Shown: positions 1 through 14,100 of the stretch, piece by piece
Layout: each line of letters begins with the position of its first letter
Numbering within the stretch: the first letter of the stretch is position 1
NCBI GenBank assembly: GCA_051294375.1
Contig: CM119270.1
Coordinates: 12,765,117 to 12,829,116 of the forward strand
Reading direction: 5' to 3'
DNA: 64,000 bases
Source of the DNA: Paraspadella gotoi
Taxonomy: Eukaryota > Animalia > Chaetognatha
Position numbers and translations under genes: made by a program
Notes under the pieces: model-generated
Told to the model about the DNA's origin: nothing
What the model saw: only the letters and a program-made list of their open reading frames with translations
The model's database searches: none

Positions 1-664
1 CATTTTATTTCCTTTTTAGTTTCCTCCATTTTGTCCTGCGGTTTTAACTTTTAATCCCGTTTTATTTTTTTATTCAATATTTTTTNNNNNNNNNNNNNNN
101 NNNNNNNNNNNNNNNNNNNNNNNNNNNNNNNNNNNNNNNNNNNNNNNNNNNNNNNNNNNNNNNNNNNNNNNNNNNNNNNNNNNNNNNNNNNNNNNNNNNN
201 NNNNNNNNNNNNNNNNNNNNNNNNNNNNNNNNNNNNNNNNNNNNNNNNNNNNNNNNNNNNNNNNNNNNNNNNNNNNNNNNNNNNNNNNNNNNNNNNNNNN
301 NNNNTTGCGTTATTTCTCGTTCCTTCACACTTCTTTCCACTTTTAAAACTTCCTTTCCATTTTCTTTCCATTTACTTCTGATATTTATGGCCAAGTCCCC
401 GGATGTAATAGGATGAGTGATGACGAAGTGGAGATGTAACGAAAGTTTAAAGCGAAAGACCGAAAAACAGTTATTATTTATTGGGGTTTTTTGAGAAGAA
501 TTGTAGTCATCGGAGAAAAAAAACCCAATAATTTGCGATAAGAAAAATTCATTCAGAAATAAATAAAAAAAATTATCACTTTTTTAAAACCTTTTCTAAA
601 AGTTATTTCTTAGCCCATTTGAAAAATAGACTTACGTCTTAACTGTTCTAGATTTCTTCAAGAA

Positions 665-702
<38 letters not shown>

Positions 703-1857
703 TGCTTCGCTCTCAATAGATTTTCCGCCAGACGCGTGACGCTTTGAAGGTCAACCTCCCGTCACCCGGATCTCACTCTCTTCCAACTTGCCCCTACCGG
801 GATCTCCGTTCTCCACCTCCCCTCACGAAAGATCACTCTTCCATATTCTTACTGCGTGATTTTCTTTTCAACTCAAAATACTTTTTTAAATGTAACTCAG
901 GTTCCGAAGCCACAATTCGATCGATGTCTTTTNNNNNNNNNNNNNNNNNNNNNNNNNNNNNNNNNNNNNNNNNNNNNNNNNNNNNNNNNNNNNNNNNNNN
1001 NNNNNNNNNNNNNNNNNNNNNNNNNNNNNNNNNNNNNNNNNNNNNNNNNNNNNNNNNNNNNNNNNNNNNNNNNNNNNNNNNNNNNNNNNNNNNNNNNNNN
1101 NNNNNNNNNNNNNNNNNNNNNNNNNNNNNNNNNNTAGGGTTTGAGTTTTGTATTTTTTTTTATTCGACCAGTCAGATTTTGATATCTCAATTTGGTATTC
1201 GTCATGGTCGGCCAAGCGTTATCGTCGTCGTTTTCGTCGTCGTTATCGTCGTCGTTGTCTTCGTTTATTATATTATTATTCATTGTATTGTGTGTTTTGA
1301 GTCAGTTTAAAAAAACAACGTAAACTGAAAAAAAATATATATATAATATATATGAAAATTTACAAATTACTCGTTTATATGATGTATGCTACTGTTACAT
1401 TATTGATATGAAATAAAATTCTCATATATATGTATTATCAATGAAAAATTAAACTCCACTTTCATCCGAAAATAGTCAAATTTCCTAGTTGATCCCATCA
1501 GTTTTTAGGACTAAGCCATTCACCATCTCTTCAGATCAAAGGCATCGCTTCATTTCCGTTGTGAAAGTCAACAGTTTCCTCTTTCTATTTCTTTCTCCTA
1601 TTACTCTTTTTTTCTCTTCTTTCTCTCTTTCCTTCTTTCTCTCTTTCCCCAAATTGTTTCCATTTCCGCCGCGTGTCGCCGTCGTCGCCCCAAGCAGACG
1701 CCAATTGTTTCCATTTTTTATTTTCCTCGACGCAAGGTGTCGTTTTTTCGGGGAATTTCCATTTTTTTTCTGTCTCTCGCGTAGCGGGGTAACGTTGCAT
1801 TCCGCAGGGATTTCTGTTTGCGGTTAAACTGTATGTTCAATGTTCAACGTTCAATGA

Positions 1858-1886
1858 AAGGAAGGAAAGAAAGAAAGAAAGAAAAA

Positions 1887-1974
<88 letters not shown>

Positions 1975-1998
1975 AAAGGAAAAGAAAAGAAAAAAGAA
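1858..1998. repeat. (AAAG)n microsatellite
   Basis: Direct reading. Confidence 0.95.
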
Positions 1999-2405
1999 AA
2001 ACAAATACAGAAGTAAACAAACATCAAAGGAACTTGGCTTCGACCGCCTTTGATCCCTCGGATTTAATCTTTACCGTCGTTGACCGCCGCTGCTCGCGTC
2101 GTCGTCCTCATTATCGTCGTCGTCATCGTCGTTGCATCGACTTCATCGTCGTCGTCATTATCGTCGTCATTAACGTCGTTGCCTTCGTCGACGTCACTTT
2201 TTGTCATCTTCGTCGTATCTTTATGTTTTTTTTTAATGTTCAAAGACAACGTATTTGTCATTGCCTTCGTCATCATTTTCATTTATTCATCTTCCTAATT
2301 CTTTTTTGTTATAATCATCGGCTCATCAACATCTTTGTCATCTTTCTGTCATCTTTTTCACACTCGTCATCATCCTCCACGTCAATGTCATCTTTTTCTG
2401 TCTCA

Positions 2406-2437
<32 letters not shown>

Positions 2438-3314
2438 ATCGTCATCCACGCCGTCGTTTTTTTTTACGATCTCCACTCGAAGATCCTTGACCCTGAAGTC
2501 CAGGTTTCGTACTTCGCGCGAATTGCTTGCTGGGGGGCGTGGGGGGGTAAGCGTGGGGTAAGGGCATCAGGGATTAGGGTGAGTGTAAAATGGAGGAGAA
2601 AGCGAGGGGAGATGAAGAGGGGGGCGGCGGATAGGGTAAGGGGAATAAAGCAACCTCTCGGAAGGAAAAGGTCAGGCAACGAGAACGGGCGAGTCGGTAA
2701 TAATTAAAGTGGGTGAGGGAACGAGGTGAGTTTTTTTTCGATTTTAATTTTTAAAGGAGGAAAACGATTACGAGGGGAATTTGCTCGTCGGGATTATGTA
2801 TTGGAATTATATTTGAGAGGAAAGGAGAGAGATTGGAGAAAAGAAAAAAAGGAAGGAAAGGAAAAATAAAAGGAACGGAAACGAAAAAAAAAAGAAAAAA
2901 AACGTTTCTAGTACGAAAAGAGGAATATATAAACAGAATTAAAAAAAAAAGGAAAGTACGAAGAAAGGAATGAGAAAGATAAAAACAAAAAGAAAGGTAA
3001 GGGGAAAAAAAGGTGAGGTCAAAACGAGGTAAGAACGAAGAAGGCGAACTCAAGTGAGGCGGAAACTCCCGAACAGTCGACGGCGATTAATGGGGCGGAG
3101 AACAACGGGGCGCCCCACTCGGGCGCCGACTCCAGCTGTAGCTTTAGCGCTGGAGCGATTGCCTACTCTATTGCTGGAGCAATTTTGGATTAGAGTACAG
3201 GATCGATATCCTATTCCATTGCTTGATTTGAGTGGTGATTATATTGCTGGAGCAGTAACCGACTCCAGAACTGAATCTGGTCCTGTTTTCTTTTTTATTG
3301 ATCTCGTTTAAAGG

Positions 3315-3380
3315 TTGATTGGCCTAGTTGGCCTGGTTGGCCCAGTTGGCCTAGTTGGCCTAGTTGACCTGTTTGGACCA
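3315..3380. repeat. 10 bp tandem repeat (gttggcctag)
   Basis: About 6 degenerate copies. Confidence 0.75.
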
Positions 3381-3666
3381 GAACAAATTTCTTGAAAGTC
3401 TTAGCACTTATTAAATGGATCAGAATTTCGGCAAAGCTTTTTAGCCAGTTGCTGGATATGAGACTGAGGCAAAACTGGNNNNNNNNNNNNNNNNNNNNNN
3501 NNNAAGAACTGGGGGGGGGGGTTTGGTTTTTAAATTAAAAAAAAAAAACTCATTAGATTTTTTCTTTCTGTTTTATTTAGTGTTTCGCCAAGAACTTAGC
3601 CTTTTCTTCTGCCTTTTATTCGCAGGCTCTTCTCTCTCCTCTCTCTCTCTCTCTCTCTCTTCCTCC

Positions 3667-3706
<40 letters not shown>

Positions 3707-5533
3707 CATTTCAGTCGTTGCTAAATCGAAACAAAGCGAAACGAGAAAAGCAGAAAGCCGATCGAAAAAACCATCAACGCGAAAAGCACAATGGAGAAAG
3801 AATTTTTTTTTCCTTTTTTTCTTTTTTCATTTTTTTCTTCTTTGGCGGCAGCGACGACAAAAAAGACGGCGATTTACAAAATTGCGCCACGAGGCTTTCT
3901 ATATTGTCCGCGATAGAAGAAGCCATTGTTTTTTTTTCTGTTCGTGTTCCTGCTTCATGTCTCAGTATCAAGGAGGAATGCCTAGGACCACGGGACTTCA
4001 CCACATGCTCAATACCAGTCTTGGGACCACGCCTTGGTCGAAAATCTCACGAAATGAAGCAGCTTTTTTTTTTTCAGACTAGATGCCAGTTTGCGGATTG
4101 AGCAAAGATGCCTGTGGATTGGTGGAGTGTCCGATCGAGGGAAAGGTGGGGCGGCGGAGGAAGAAAAGGGGCTGAAACCGTGAAGACGGAATGTCAGCGG
4201 AACACGAGACAGAATATAGATTTTTAAGCGAGAGCGGTGGTGGGGTATTTTTAGGAAAGGTTGGTTAGGGGCGGAAAGGGAGAAATATTAGTAGGGTCAT
4301 TGTGGGGTTAGTGAGGTTGAGAAAGTGAAAGGCGGGGGTTGAGTTAGTTAAGGCTGGGATTTTGGCAGTTTCGTTTTAAAAAGATAATCAGCGGCGAGAT
4401 ACGAAATGGGTTTGATAGTTTAGGGGTTTGAGTGATGAATGGCGGGAGTTCCCGATATCAGAAGGGAGAAGGAGTGAGCAGCGTGAATTTGCGTCATTGG
4501 TGAAACCAAGTGTTGGGCTTAAACGCCTCACAGGGAAATCAGTAGAGGGAAAAAATTATCGAACACGATGAAAACAAAATATCGTGTTTTTTTTTCGTGA
4601 ATTCGCCTTAGTGAACGAAATTCGTGGGTAGAAGAAAAGTTGAAAGGCTTTTGAGATGTCAAGTACAAAATTTATTATGTAGCACTGTGTAATACTATTT
4701 CATACTGATAGTTAAATGCACATGTTACAAAGTGCTTAAAGTTAACTATTTTTCATATTCCCGTTCTAACTATGAATTGCTAAAGTAATTCTCAAGAACA
4801 TACACCTAACCCGAATAGTTTTAACTTTTTTTTTGGGGCCCTTTTTTGATCTCTCTCTTTGGCAGCTCCAAGTTTTTCTTATCCCATTTTTACGTTTCCT
4901 TTCCTGGGAGGACGACGACGACAACGACGACGAAGAAGAAGAAGAAGAAGAAGAAAACGACGACGACGACAACGACGACTACCATTGCCCAGTGCTTTTT
5001 GTTTGTTTGTTTGTTGGGGGAAAAAAACGAAAAAACGAAAAAAAAAATATTATAAAACAACACTTTTTTTTATTTCTATCTTTCTTCACAGACTAAACGT
5101 CACGCATAGAAAGACAAACACGAATCAAGTCATCAAATATTTTTTTTTACACTCGGAAAATAGAAAAATCGGAAAAATGTGAAAAAGTTAAAAGTGTTCA
5201 ATTTCCTCGTTATATGATTTAAAAGGCAACATAGTTCTCACATAAATTAACGAACGTCGTTTAAAAGCGTTGAAATACGTTCTTAAGCTACTCGAAAGTT
5301 TTTTGTTTCTCGGAACTTACTAATTTTTTTTTCCACTTTTAAAATCAGGAAAAAGCTTTTAAAAATATAGGGAAGCTCTTTGAATTAAATCTCCAAAGAT
5401 TTTTTAACTTCTAAATAAAATCATGAAAAGTTTACTTGAAACACAAACACGCCGAAAGGAAGAAAAAGTTATTCGTAGTAAAATTTAAAAAAACTCTTGA
5501 GACTGAATTCCCCTTGTAACCATGGAGAGGAGG

Positions 5534-5569
<36 letters not shown>

Positions 5570-8129
5570 NNNNNNNNNNNNNNNNNNNNNNNNNNNNNNN
5601 NNNNNNNNNNNNNNNNNNNNNNNNNNNNNNNNNNNNNNNNNNNNNNNNNNNNNNNNNNNNNNNNNNNNNNNNNNNNNNNNNNNNNNNNNNNNNNNNNNNN
5701 NNNNNNNNNNNNNNNNNNNNNNNNNNNNNNNNNNNNNNNNNNNNNNNNNNNNNNNNNNNNNNNNNNNNNNNNNNNNNNNNNNNNNNNNNNNNNNNNNNNN
5801 TCTCTCTCTCTCCCACTGTCTCTCTCAAGTAAAACTCAAGTGTTTCTTCTCCAAAAAAGGGGCGATCGAATGGTTTTTCGCTAAAAACAAAATTATACGA
5901 AATAAAAAAAATTTTATGGCAAAATAAAAAGAAATTCTAATGCGGAAGCACAAATCCCAGATTCTCTCTCTGTCTGTCCCTCTCACTCTCCGTCCCTTTC
6001 ACTCGTAATTATAAAAGTTTATTCTGACCTTCATTATTTGATTAACTTTGTCACTTTGTACTCTGAGAAAAGTCACAACAATCATAAATAATAATTTAGT
6101 TTAGCGAGGGGACGGGAAAAGTTTACACTCTTATTCGTTTCAATTAAAAAAAGAAGAAAATTTTGCAAAAAAGTCAAAATTTTAAAAAATGAAAATCTTC
6201 TTCGCTTTGTCAGCATTTTTTAGATTTTTTTTTCCTAACTGCCACGCCTTTGTTTCTAGAACGTCAAGACAAATTGTTAATTTTCGCTACAAACGATTGT
6301 TGTTTCATGTGTGAAATTTGCAAAATTACTTGTTTTAATAATAAATAAGTGATTGTGAGTGTCAAGGAAAAAAAATAAAGGCAAGTTGACCAAAACTCAA
6401 CCTTTATGTTCCTCAAATTTTTGTCCAGTCATGGTCATTTAGGCAGTCATCCAAGTTCCAACGGTCCGATGCATCGCGCGAGATTCGAACCCGAACCTCA
6501 CCGCGCCACATGACTCCTCTCACCGTCGAGAGATGTGATTGGTTCGTCACTGCGAATTTTCTCTGGCGCCGTGAGGACCCTCGTCGTGTCATCTCTTGGT
6601 TCTACTTTACAGCCATCTGGTCCCACGCCTCCCTCATTCTTTTCCAATTTTTTTTTTATTTTCTGCTTTTTATCCTTCCCTCATTTTTATTTAGTTTTTT
6701 TTTTTACTCAGCTTTTTTAGTTTTTGCTTTTCATTTATCAGTTTTAATTTTGTGCGTTTGGTATGTCGATGGTATATTGATAGCTAGTATATTGCTGTTA
6801 TATTGATTGTATATTAAAATATCGAATTTAAATATCGCTTTTTGTCTATTAAGCTTTATTTTTATTCTTCCTCCTCCTTTTAATTCAACTTACTCCTCCC
6901 CCTCCTCCTCAGCATTGCCTCTTTATTTTCCTTCCTTTTCTTTCCTTTGTATTCATTTTTATTCTTCCTCCTCCTTTTAATTCNNNNNNNNNNNNNNNNN
7001 NNNNNNNNNNNNNNNNNNNNNNNNNNNNNNNNNNNNNNNNNNNNNNNNNNNNNNNNNNNNNNNNNNNNNNNNNNNNNNNNNNNNNNNNNNNNNGTCCGTC
7101 AAAACTGCAGCCGAAATCCTCCTCTCAATAAAGCGAAGCCAAAAACGCCCCACCCCCATTGATTTCGGCCACGCCCACTCCTCTATTTGAGCGACGTTTC
7201 GATGCGCAGAGTAAATGGTCTCGGCTCGATTTTGGAAATGGCCAAGACGACGAAACAGAAAGCCGTCCTCTCTTTGGAACGAACTCGGGTGCGCGCCAAC
7301 AAAAAAAAACAAAAAAAGAAAAAAAAAAAACGGAAAAACCCGGAGGTAGAGCCGCTCTCAGCGCCTTGCACGCCTGAAATTTGCCCACCGAATCGGCAAC
7401 CGGGGAGCTATTCCGCCCGCACTGGAACAAATGGCCCGATGAGACGGAAACGCGCATAGGAACCCGCCGCGGCTGGGAAACCGCAAGCCTGGCAATGAAA
7501 AGGCCAAGCCCGTCTTTCAAACAGCACGGGCGTCGCGCGGCCCGGCTCGGACGCAGTCAGCCCCGTTACCAAACAAACGGCACAAACGCAGGCGCCAGAG
7601 GGAGCTCTGCCGCATCGAAACGTCGCCACCCAAAATTACGAGGAATGCGCCGTCGGGACCAGAAGATCAATGCCGAGACGCCGTGCGGCCGTTCTGCCCG
7701 CCTCTCTTTAATTGACGAGGCTAGGATTTCGGTCTGCAGTTATTAGACGGACCATGCAAAATCTCGCGCGCTTGCCAATGGGAATCTTTTCTTCACGCCG
7801 CAACCCACCGCCTGGACCTGCAGCAGCGTCTGGACATAAATGCCGCTCATTCCGCGGCAAGCAAACCAAATCTGGTACCGGCAACGGTCAAGACCGAAAA
7901 AAGCTGGCCGCCGCAGCGACGCCCGGCGCTCGCGCAACGGTAGTCTGCGCGTGAGCCGACCGCTAACGTGAAGCAGCGGACTCCGAATGACTATGCAAAG
8001 GCGGAAAAGGTAGGCAGCCAGCAGGAAAAAAAACAGGAATAACAAAAGGCAAAGCAAAAAGCCCAAAAGACAAAGCAAAGACTTGGCCAATGCTGAGGCC
8101 AGCCGCAAGGGAGGATTAAGCCCTTGAGA

Positions 8130-11100
8130 TTAAAAGGAGCGATGGCAAGAATAAAAATGTAATACAAAGCGAAAGAAAAGGAAGCGCCAAAATAAGAGGC
8201 AATCGTCTGAGCGCAGGAGCCGGGGAGGAGTCAAGCCTTCGAATTTAAAAGCCGAGGAGGCCGAAAGCACATAAAATAAAGTCCTTAATAGACCAAAAAC
8301 GCCGATATTAATTCGCCATTATTCCTTAATATACAATCAACTATAACAGCAATATACTATCGCTATCAATATACCCATCGTACAACCAAACACTCACAAA
8401 ATTAACTGATATAATGAAAAGCCAAATAATACTAAAAAAGGCTGAAATGAGTAAAAAAAAAAACTAAATACAAAATGACCAAGGATAAATAATCATAATA
8501 ATAATAAAATAAAAAAATTGCGAAAAGAATGAGCGGCCACCGGAGGCCGTCGTCAACTTTCTTGGCACCAGGATGCGCTGTAACGAAAACAATAGATGAC
8601 ACGCACATGGTCCTCACGGCGCCAGAGAAAATTCGCCTATACGAACCCAATCTACTATCTCTTCGACGGTTGCAGAGGCCGAGCTCATGTGGCGCGGCCT
8701 AGAGCGTTCTGCCTGTTCCGAAATCCTCGCCGCCGACTGCCATCGCGACCGCTTGCGCAACTTGGATGACTGCCGAAATGCCACCAGAACTGCGACAAAT
8801 AATTTGCAGGAACCATAAACGGCTTGAGTTTGGTCAACTATGCCTTTATTTTTTTTCCCTTGACACTCAAAATCCACATTATTCTATATTAAAACAAGTA
8901 ATTTTTTGCAAATTTCACAAACATTGCAAACAACAATCGCCTTTGTTAGCGAAAAATTAACAATTTGTCTTGACGTCTAGAAACAAAGGTCGTGAGCCAG
9001 CTTAGCCCCAAAAAAAATCTAAAAAATGCTGACAAAGCCGAAGAATCGATTTTTACCATTTTTTAAATTGTTTTTTTTTTTTCTTCTTTCTGACTTTTTT
9101 GCACAAAATTTCTTCTTTTTTCCTAATTTGAAACGATAAGCGCAGTGCTAAACTGTGTTCCCGGTCCCCTCTGCTAAACTAAATTTATTATTTATGCATT
9201 GCTTGCTGAACTTTTCTCAGGAGCTACAAAAGCCTGACAAAGTTACTCAAATAATTGAACATGGTCAGAATAAACTTTTATTAATTGTACGAGTGAAGGG
9301 ACGGAGCAGGAGCAAGGGACCAGACCAGAGCAGAGAATACTTCGCGCGATTTGCTGCCCCGCGATTAGCAATTCTCTTCTTATTGCTCATAAAATATCTT
9401 TTCTTATTCGCTATAATCTGTTTTTAGGCCGCAAAAACCATTCGCATCGCCCCTTTTCTGAGCCCAAGAAACACTGAGCTCCTTTACTTGCAGAGCAGAC
9501 AGTGGCGACGAGAGGCAGGAGAGAGCATGAGCACGAGGAGCAACGAGGAGCTCCAGACGCAGAAGAGAAGAGAAGCACGAGAGGGACAGCACGACAGGAG
9601 ACTGACGCTCTCTGAGTAAGGTGAGACGCAGACGACGGCGAGACGATTCGAGACGAGAGCACGAGCGCCCCTGGAACCGAGGCGGCGGTGAAGTCCGAAG
9701 AGAGCACGGACCTGCAGACTCCGAGCAGAGATGACGAGGAGACACGAGTCAGACCAGAGGAGCAGATGAGCGCAGAGCAGACCTATTGAAGGAGAGGTCG
9801 AGAACGAGAGAGAGAGAGAAGAGAACGATGGATCGGCGCAGAGCTGATAGGCAGACGAGCAGGCAGAGGAGAGACGAGAGTCGACGAGAGCCAGACGAGC
9901 GCAAGCCAGGCAGAGCCATTTGCAGTGATTGCCAAGAGACGAGAGGGAGAGCCGACGGCAGAGCCCGAGTCCGGCAGATTGATGAGGAGAGCCGAGGGCG
10001 AAGAGAGCCTCAGCAGAACCACGAGCGCAGCAGGATCGCGAGATCGAGGACAGCAGCAGCAGACGACGATGAGAGAGAGAAGCACGATAGAGGAGCATGC
10101 AGAGCAGCCAGAGAGACACGACTGACGGAGAGGGATCGCCACAGATCCGCTTGAGAGCTGCAGCGAGCGAGAGAGAGGACGAGAGCAGCGACCGAGAGAG
10201 GCACGAGGCGAAGGCAGAGCAGAGATCGAGAGAGGAGCCGGGAGAGAGAGAGGCGAGAGAGTGAGAGCAGGGAGCAGAGACGCCACCGCAGCGTACGCGC
10301 CCAAACGACACACCTAAGAGCGCAGCAGAAGAGATGAGAGAGATGCAGCAGAGCAGAGAGAGAGCGCGAGAGAGAGCGAGAGCATGAGCAGAGCTCAGGG
10401 CAGAAACCCGAGCTGCTATCCCCCTCATCCAGCCAGTCACAGAAGAAGAGAAGCAGACAGGAGAGAGAGGACGAGGAATGGCGAGGAGAGATGAGAGGCT
10501 AGAGAGAGAGAGGAGGATAGAGAGAGCACGAGAGAGATTGATGAAAGTCACGCGCTGAAAGCGGAGGCAAACGTTCAAATGTTTCCTGAGCCTCTTAGAA
10601 GTATTGAGCTTAGACAGCCGGAAACGTTGAGCCCTCCTTAGAATATTTTGATGAAAGCAAAACTTCTTTGACGAGTTTAGCCCAGCCTATTAAATCCTGC
10701 CCGACATAATCATAACTGCGACATTGAAGCAAAAAGCTAAAAAAAAAAAAAAAAAAAGAGAGCAGAGACGAGAGAGCCAGTCAAGAGAGAGCAGACGACG
10801 GAGACGAGAGCCAGAGACTGCAGAGAGACAGAGAGACGAGAGACCAGAGAATCCTCCTCTCCATAAGCCGCGTACAAGCCGCGCGCGGAAGGATGCGCGC
10901 AGCAATTCCAGTCTCAAGAGCTTTTTTAAATTGACTACGAATAACTTTTTCTTCCTTCGGCGGAGCCCGCGCCAGCGACCCAGTCTGTTGTCGTATTCAA
11001 GCTAAACCTTTTTCATGATTTATTATTTAGCCAATTAAAAAATCTTTGGCAGCATTTAATCAAAGAGCCTTCCCTATATATTTTAAAAGCTTATTTCCTG

Positions 11101-14100
11101 CATTTTAAAAGCTGGCCAAAAAAAAAATTAGTTAAGTCCGCAGCAAACAAAAAACGTTTCGAAGCTTAGCCTTAAGAACGCTATTTCAACGCTTTTTAAA
11201 CGACGTTCGCCCTTAATTTCTATGCCCTCGAGAACTAGCTGGCCTTTATAACATCATATAACGAGGAAATTGAACCACTTTTAACTTTTTCACATTTTTC
11301 CGATTTTCTATTTTCCGAGTGCTAAACAAAAAATATTTGTATGACTTAGATTCGCTCGCGTTTGTCTTTTATGCGTGCACGTTTAGTCTGCGTGAAGACA
11401 AGATAGAAACTAAAAAAAAGGTCCTTTTGTTTTATCAATTTTTTTTCGTTTTCGTTTTATTTCCCTCCCAAGCAAACAAACAAACAAAACAGCACTGCGG
11501 CCCCAATGGTTTAGTCGTCGTTGTACGTCCGTCGTCGTTTTTCCTCTCTTCTTCTTCTTCTTCTCTTGCGTCGTTGTCGTCCGCTCGTCCTCCCAGGAAA
11601 GGAAACGTAAAAAATGGGATAATGCAAAAACTTGCCGCAGCCTGCGACGGAATGTCACGCGCGAAGAGGAAGAAGAGTAAGAGCGCCCCAGGAGGCAATG
11701 CATGAGGGAAGGCGGGCTGAGGAGCGGAGGCTCCTTAAAGCAGGGAGGGAGGCGTAGGCCAATAAAAATAGGATAGCTGAAAACAGGCTGAGTGCCCTGA
11801 TGAGAGCGAGCAGAGCGTGAGAGTGCAGGCTTGCGAGTCCCGCGCATCGGCGACACGATCCGGGAGCAGAGCATGAGATCCGGACCGACCGCAAGAGAGA
11901 GCGAGCGGGACCGCACCGGAGAAGCAGAGCAGAGAGAGATGAGAGAGAGACGCAGCAGAGAGAGCCAGAGAGAGAGCAGAGCAGGATGAACGAGCCTGCC
12001 GAATAAAAAGGCAGAAAGGGAAGTCTGGGTCGAAAACCAAACTAATAAAACAGCCCAAAAGCAAAATCCTACATGCAAGTTTTTTTTAACATTTAAAAAC
12101 AACCCCCCCCCCCCAGTTTTTCCCTCAGACCTCATACTCCAGCAACTGCGCTAAAAAGCCTTTGCCCCCCGGCCGAAATTCTGATCCATTAATAAGCTGC
12201 CAAGACTTTCAAGCAAATTTGCTTTCTGGCTCCAAACAGCCGCTCAACTAGCGCCCAACCAGCCGCCAACTGCGCCTCCGCCAACCAGGCCCCAACTTGC
12301 CGGCCAACCAGCCCAACGAGGCTCCACATCCTCAACCTTTTAACATAGATCAATAAAAAAGAAAACAGGCCACCAGAATTCTCAGCTACTGGAGTCGCGC
12401 TTACTCTTTAAAATAACGGCCTCCGAGAGGCCCACAATATGAATCACCACTCAAATCCCAGGCCAATGCCGCCCTCAATTAGCCGATTAATCGCATCCGT
12501 ACTCTAATCCAAAACTCGCTTCCAGCCCTATAGCAGTAGGCCCATTCGCTCCATGCCCCGCTTAAGCCTACAGCTGCGGAGCGGCCGCGCCGCAGCTGGG
12601 CCGCCCCGTTGTTCCTTCCGCCCCCCCCAATTAATCGCCGTCGACTGCTTTCGCCCCGCGAGTTTACCGCCCTCATTGAGTTCGCCTTCTTCGCCTTCCT
12701 TACCCTCGCTTTTGACCTCACCTTTTTTTCCCCTTACCTTTCTTTTTGCTCTTTGTATTACTTATCCTCATTCCTTTCTTCGTACTTTCCTTTTTTATTT
12801 TTTAATTCTGTGTATATATTCCTCTTTTCGCCTAGGACCTAGAAACTTTTTTTCTTTTATTTTACGTTCCGCTTCCTTTTACTTTTCTCTTCCTTCCTTT
12901 TTTTCTTTTTCTCCTAATCTCTCTTCCTTCTACTCTCAAATATCTAATACTTAACGGAGTGGTGCCTTTTCACTCCTTTACAATTGAAACATTCTTTTGC
13001 AAATATATTTCCACTTCACTTGATAGCCGGAAGCCCAGGCTACCTCTTGCGCCGGAGTGAATAAACGAGACTGTGGAAAGCCAGTACATTGGATTGAAAG
13101 CTTGCAGGAAGACCTGCTATGTCATTATCTTGCTAAGAGTGATGGCAGCCAGATATGATCATCTCCCAAATACCTCCCGCCCGCGGAGGTGGCTCTAGCC
13201 GGGCGGCCCACGGGCGGCAGGCTTATCTCCAGTGCGGGAGCCCAGCCATAAATGGCTCATTAGGAGGGCCCGCCCCCACCCCTAAATAGACCCCAAAATG
13301 TTTGCCCCCAGGGGCGCGGAACCCCCCTGGGGCTGGCCCCCCCTGGCGGGCCAAAAAAAGTCTGCCCCCCGGCCGCGGCTAACCCCTTTGCCGGCGAGCA
13401 AAAAATTGCTTGCTCCTCCCCTGCGGGGCCAAGTTAATGAGAGACAGCAAAGTTTCAGAATAAAAATATACTTTCTTTTTTTATGACGACATGTTATTGC
13501 CTATCTGCCAGAACTCTTTCCACTGTCTCGCTACTCTCTTTCTCTCTCACTTCTCTCTCTCTCTACCCTTCTCTTTCTCTCTCTCTCTCTCTCTTTTTTC
13601 TCTTTTCTTTTTTCTTTCTTTCTTTTTCTTTCTTCTCGTCTTCTCTCTACTCTCTATCTTTTTCTCTCTCTTTATCTTTCCAAGACTGGTCTTGTTTTAT
13701 GCCTAACTAAAAAACAATATACATTTTAAAATTATTGCCTTAACTCGTTTTATTCATATTTATCTATACAAATTACTAAATTTTTGCTATTTTGAACTTA
13801 ATTGCTTTTATTTCAATTAAAAGATATAGAACAGTTTGCAGCAAACAATTGTATGACGCTGGCCACATATTTAGTGCGCTAAGCAAGCTAATTCAGTCAT
13901 CTTTGTCTTTTTTTTCTTTTTTTTTTTTTCTTTTTTTTTGCGATGGACCATAACTCGATGCGAACTGATAGCAAGAGCCACAAGTATAATTTTTTTTTAA
14001 AAATATAATTCATAATTTGATGTTCAAAAAAGCAATTACAATAACATCATAATAAACATAATAATAGGCAGTAATCGACAGCCATGATACTACTTATTGA

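Noticed and set aside
51-1310. ORFs with long X runs (also ~5470-5880, 21830-23820, 30450-31510)
   Set aside because: They are open only because they cross N-gaps.
6470-6510. Box B-like GGTTCGAATC on the - strand (tRNA or SINE)
   Set aside because: No cloverleaf and no properly spaced box A could be built.
9404-11005. 364-aa and overlapping Leu/Ser/Arg-rich ORFs
   Set aside because: Noisy long-read rendering of (GA)n tracts within the inverted duplicate; no domain content.
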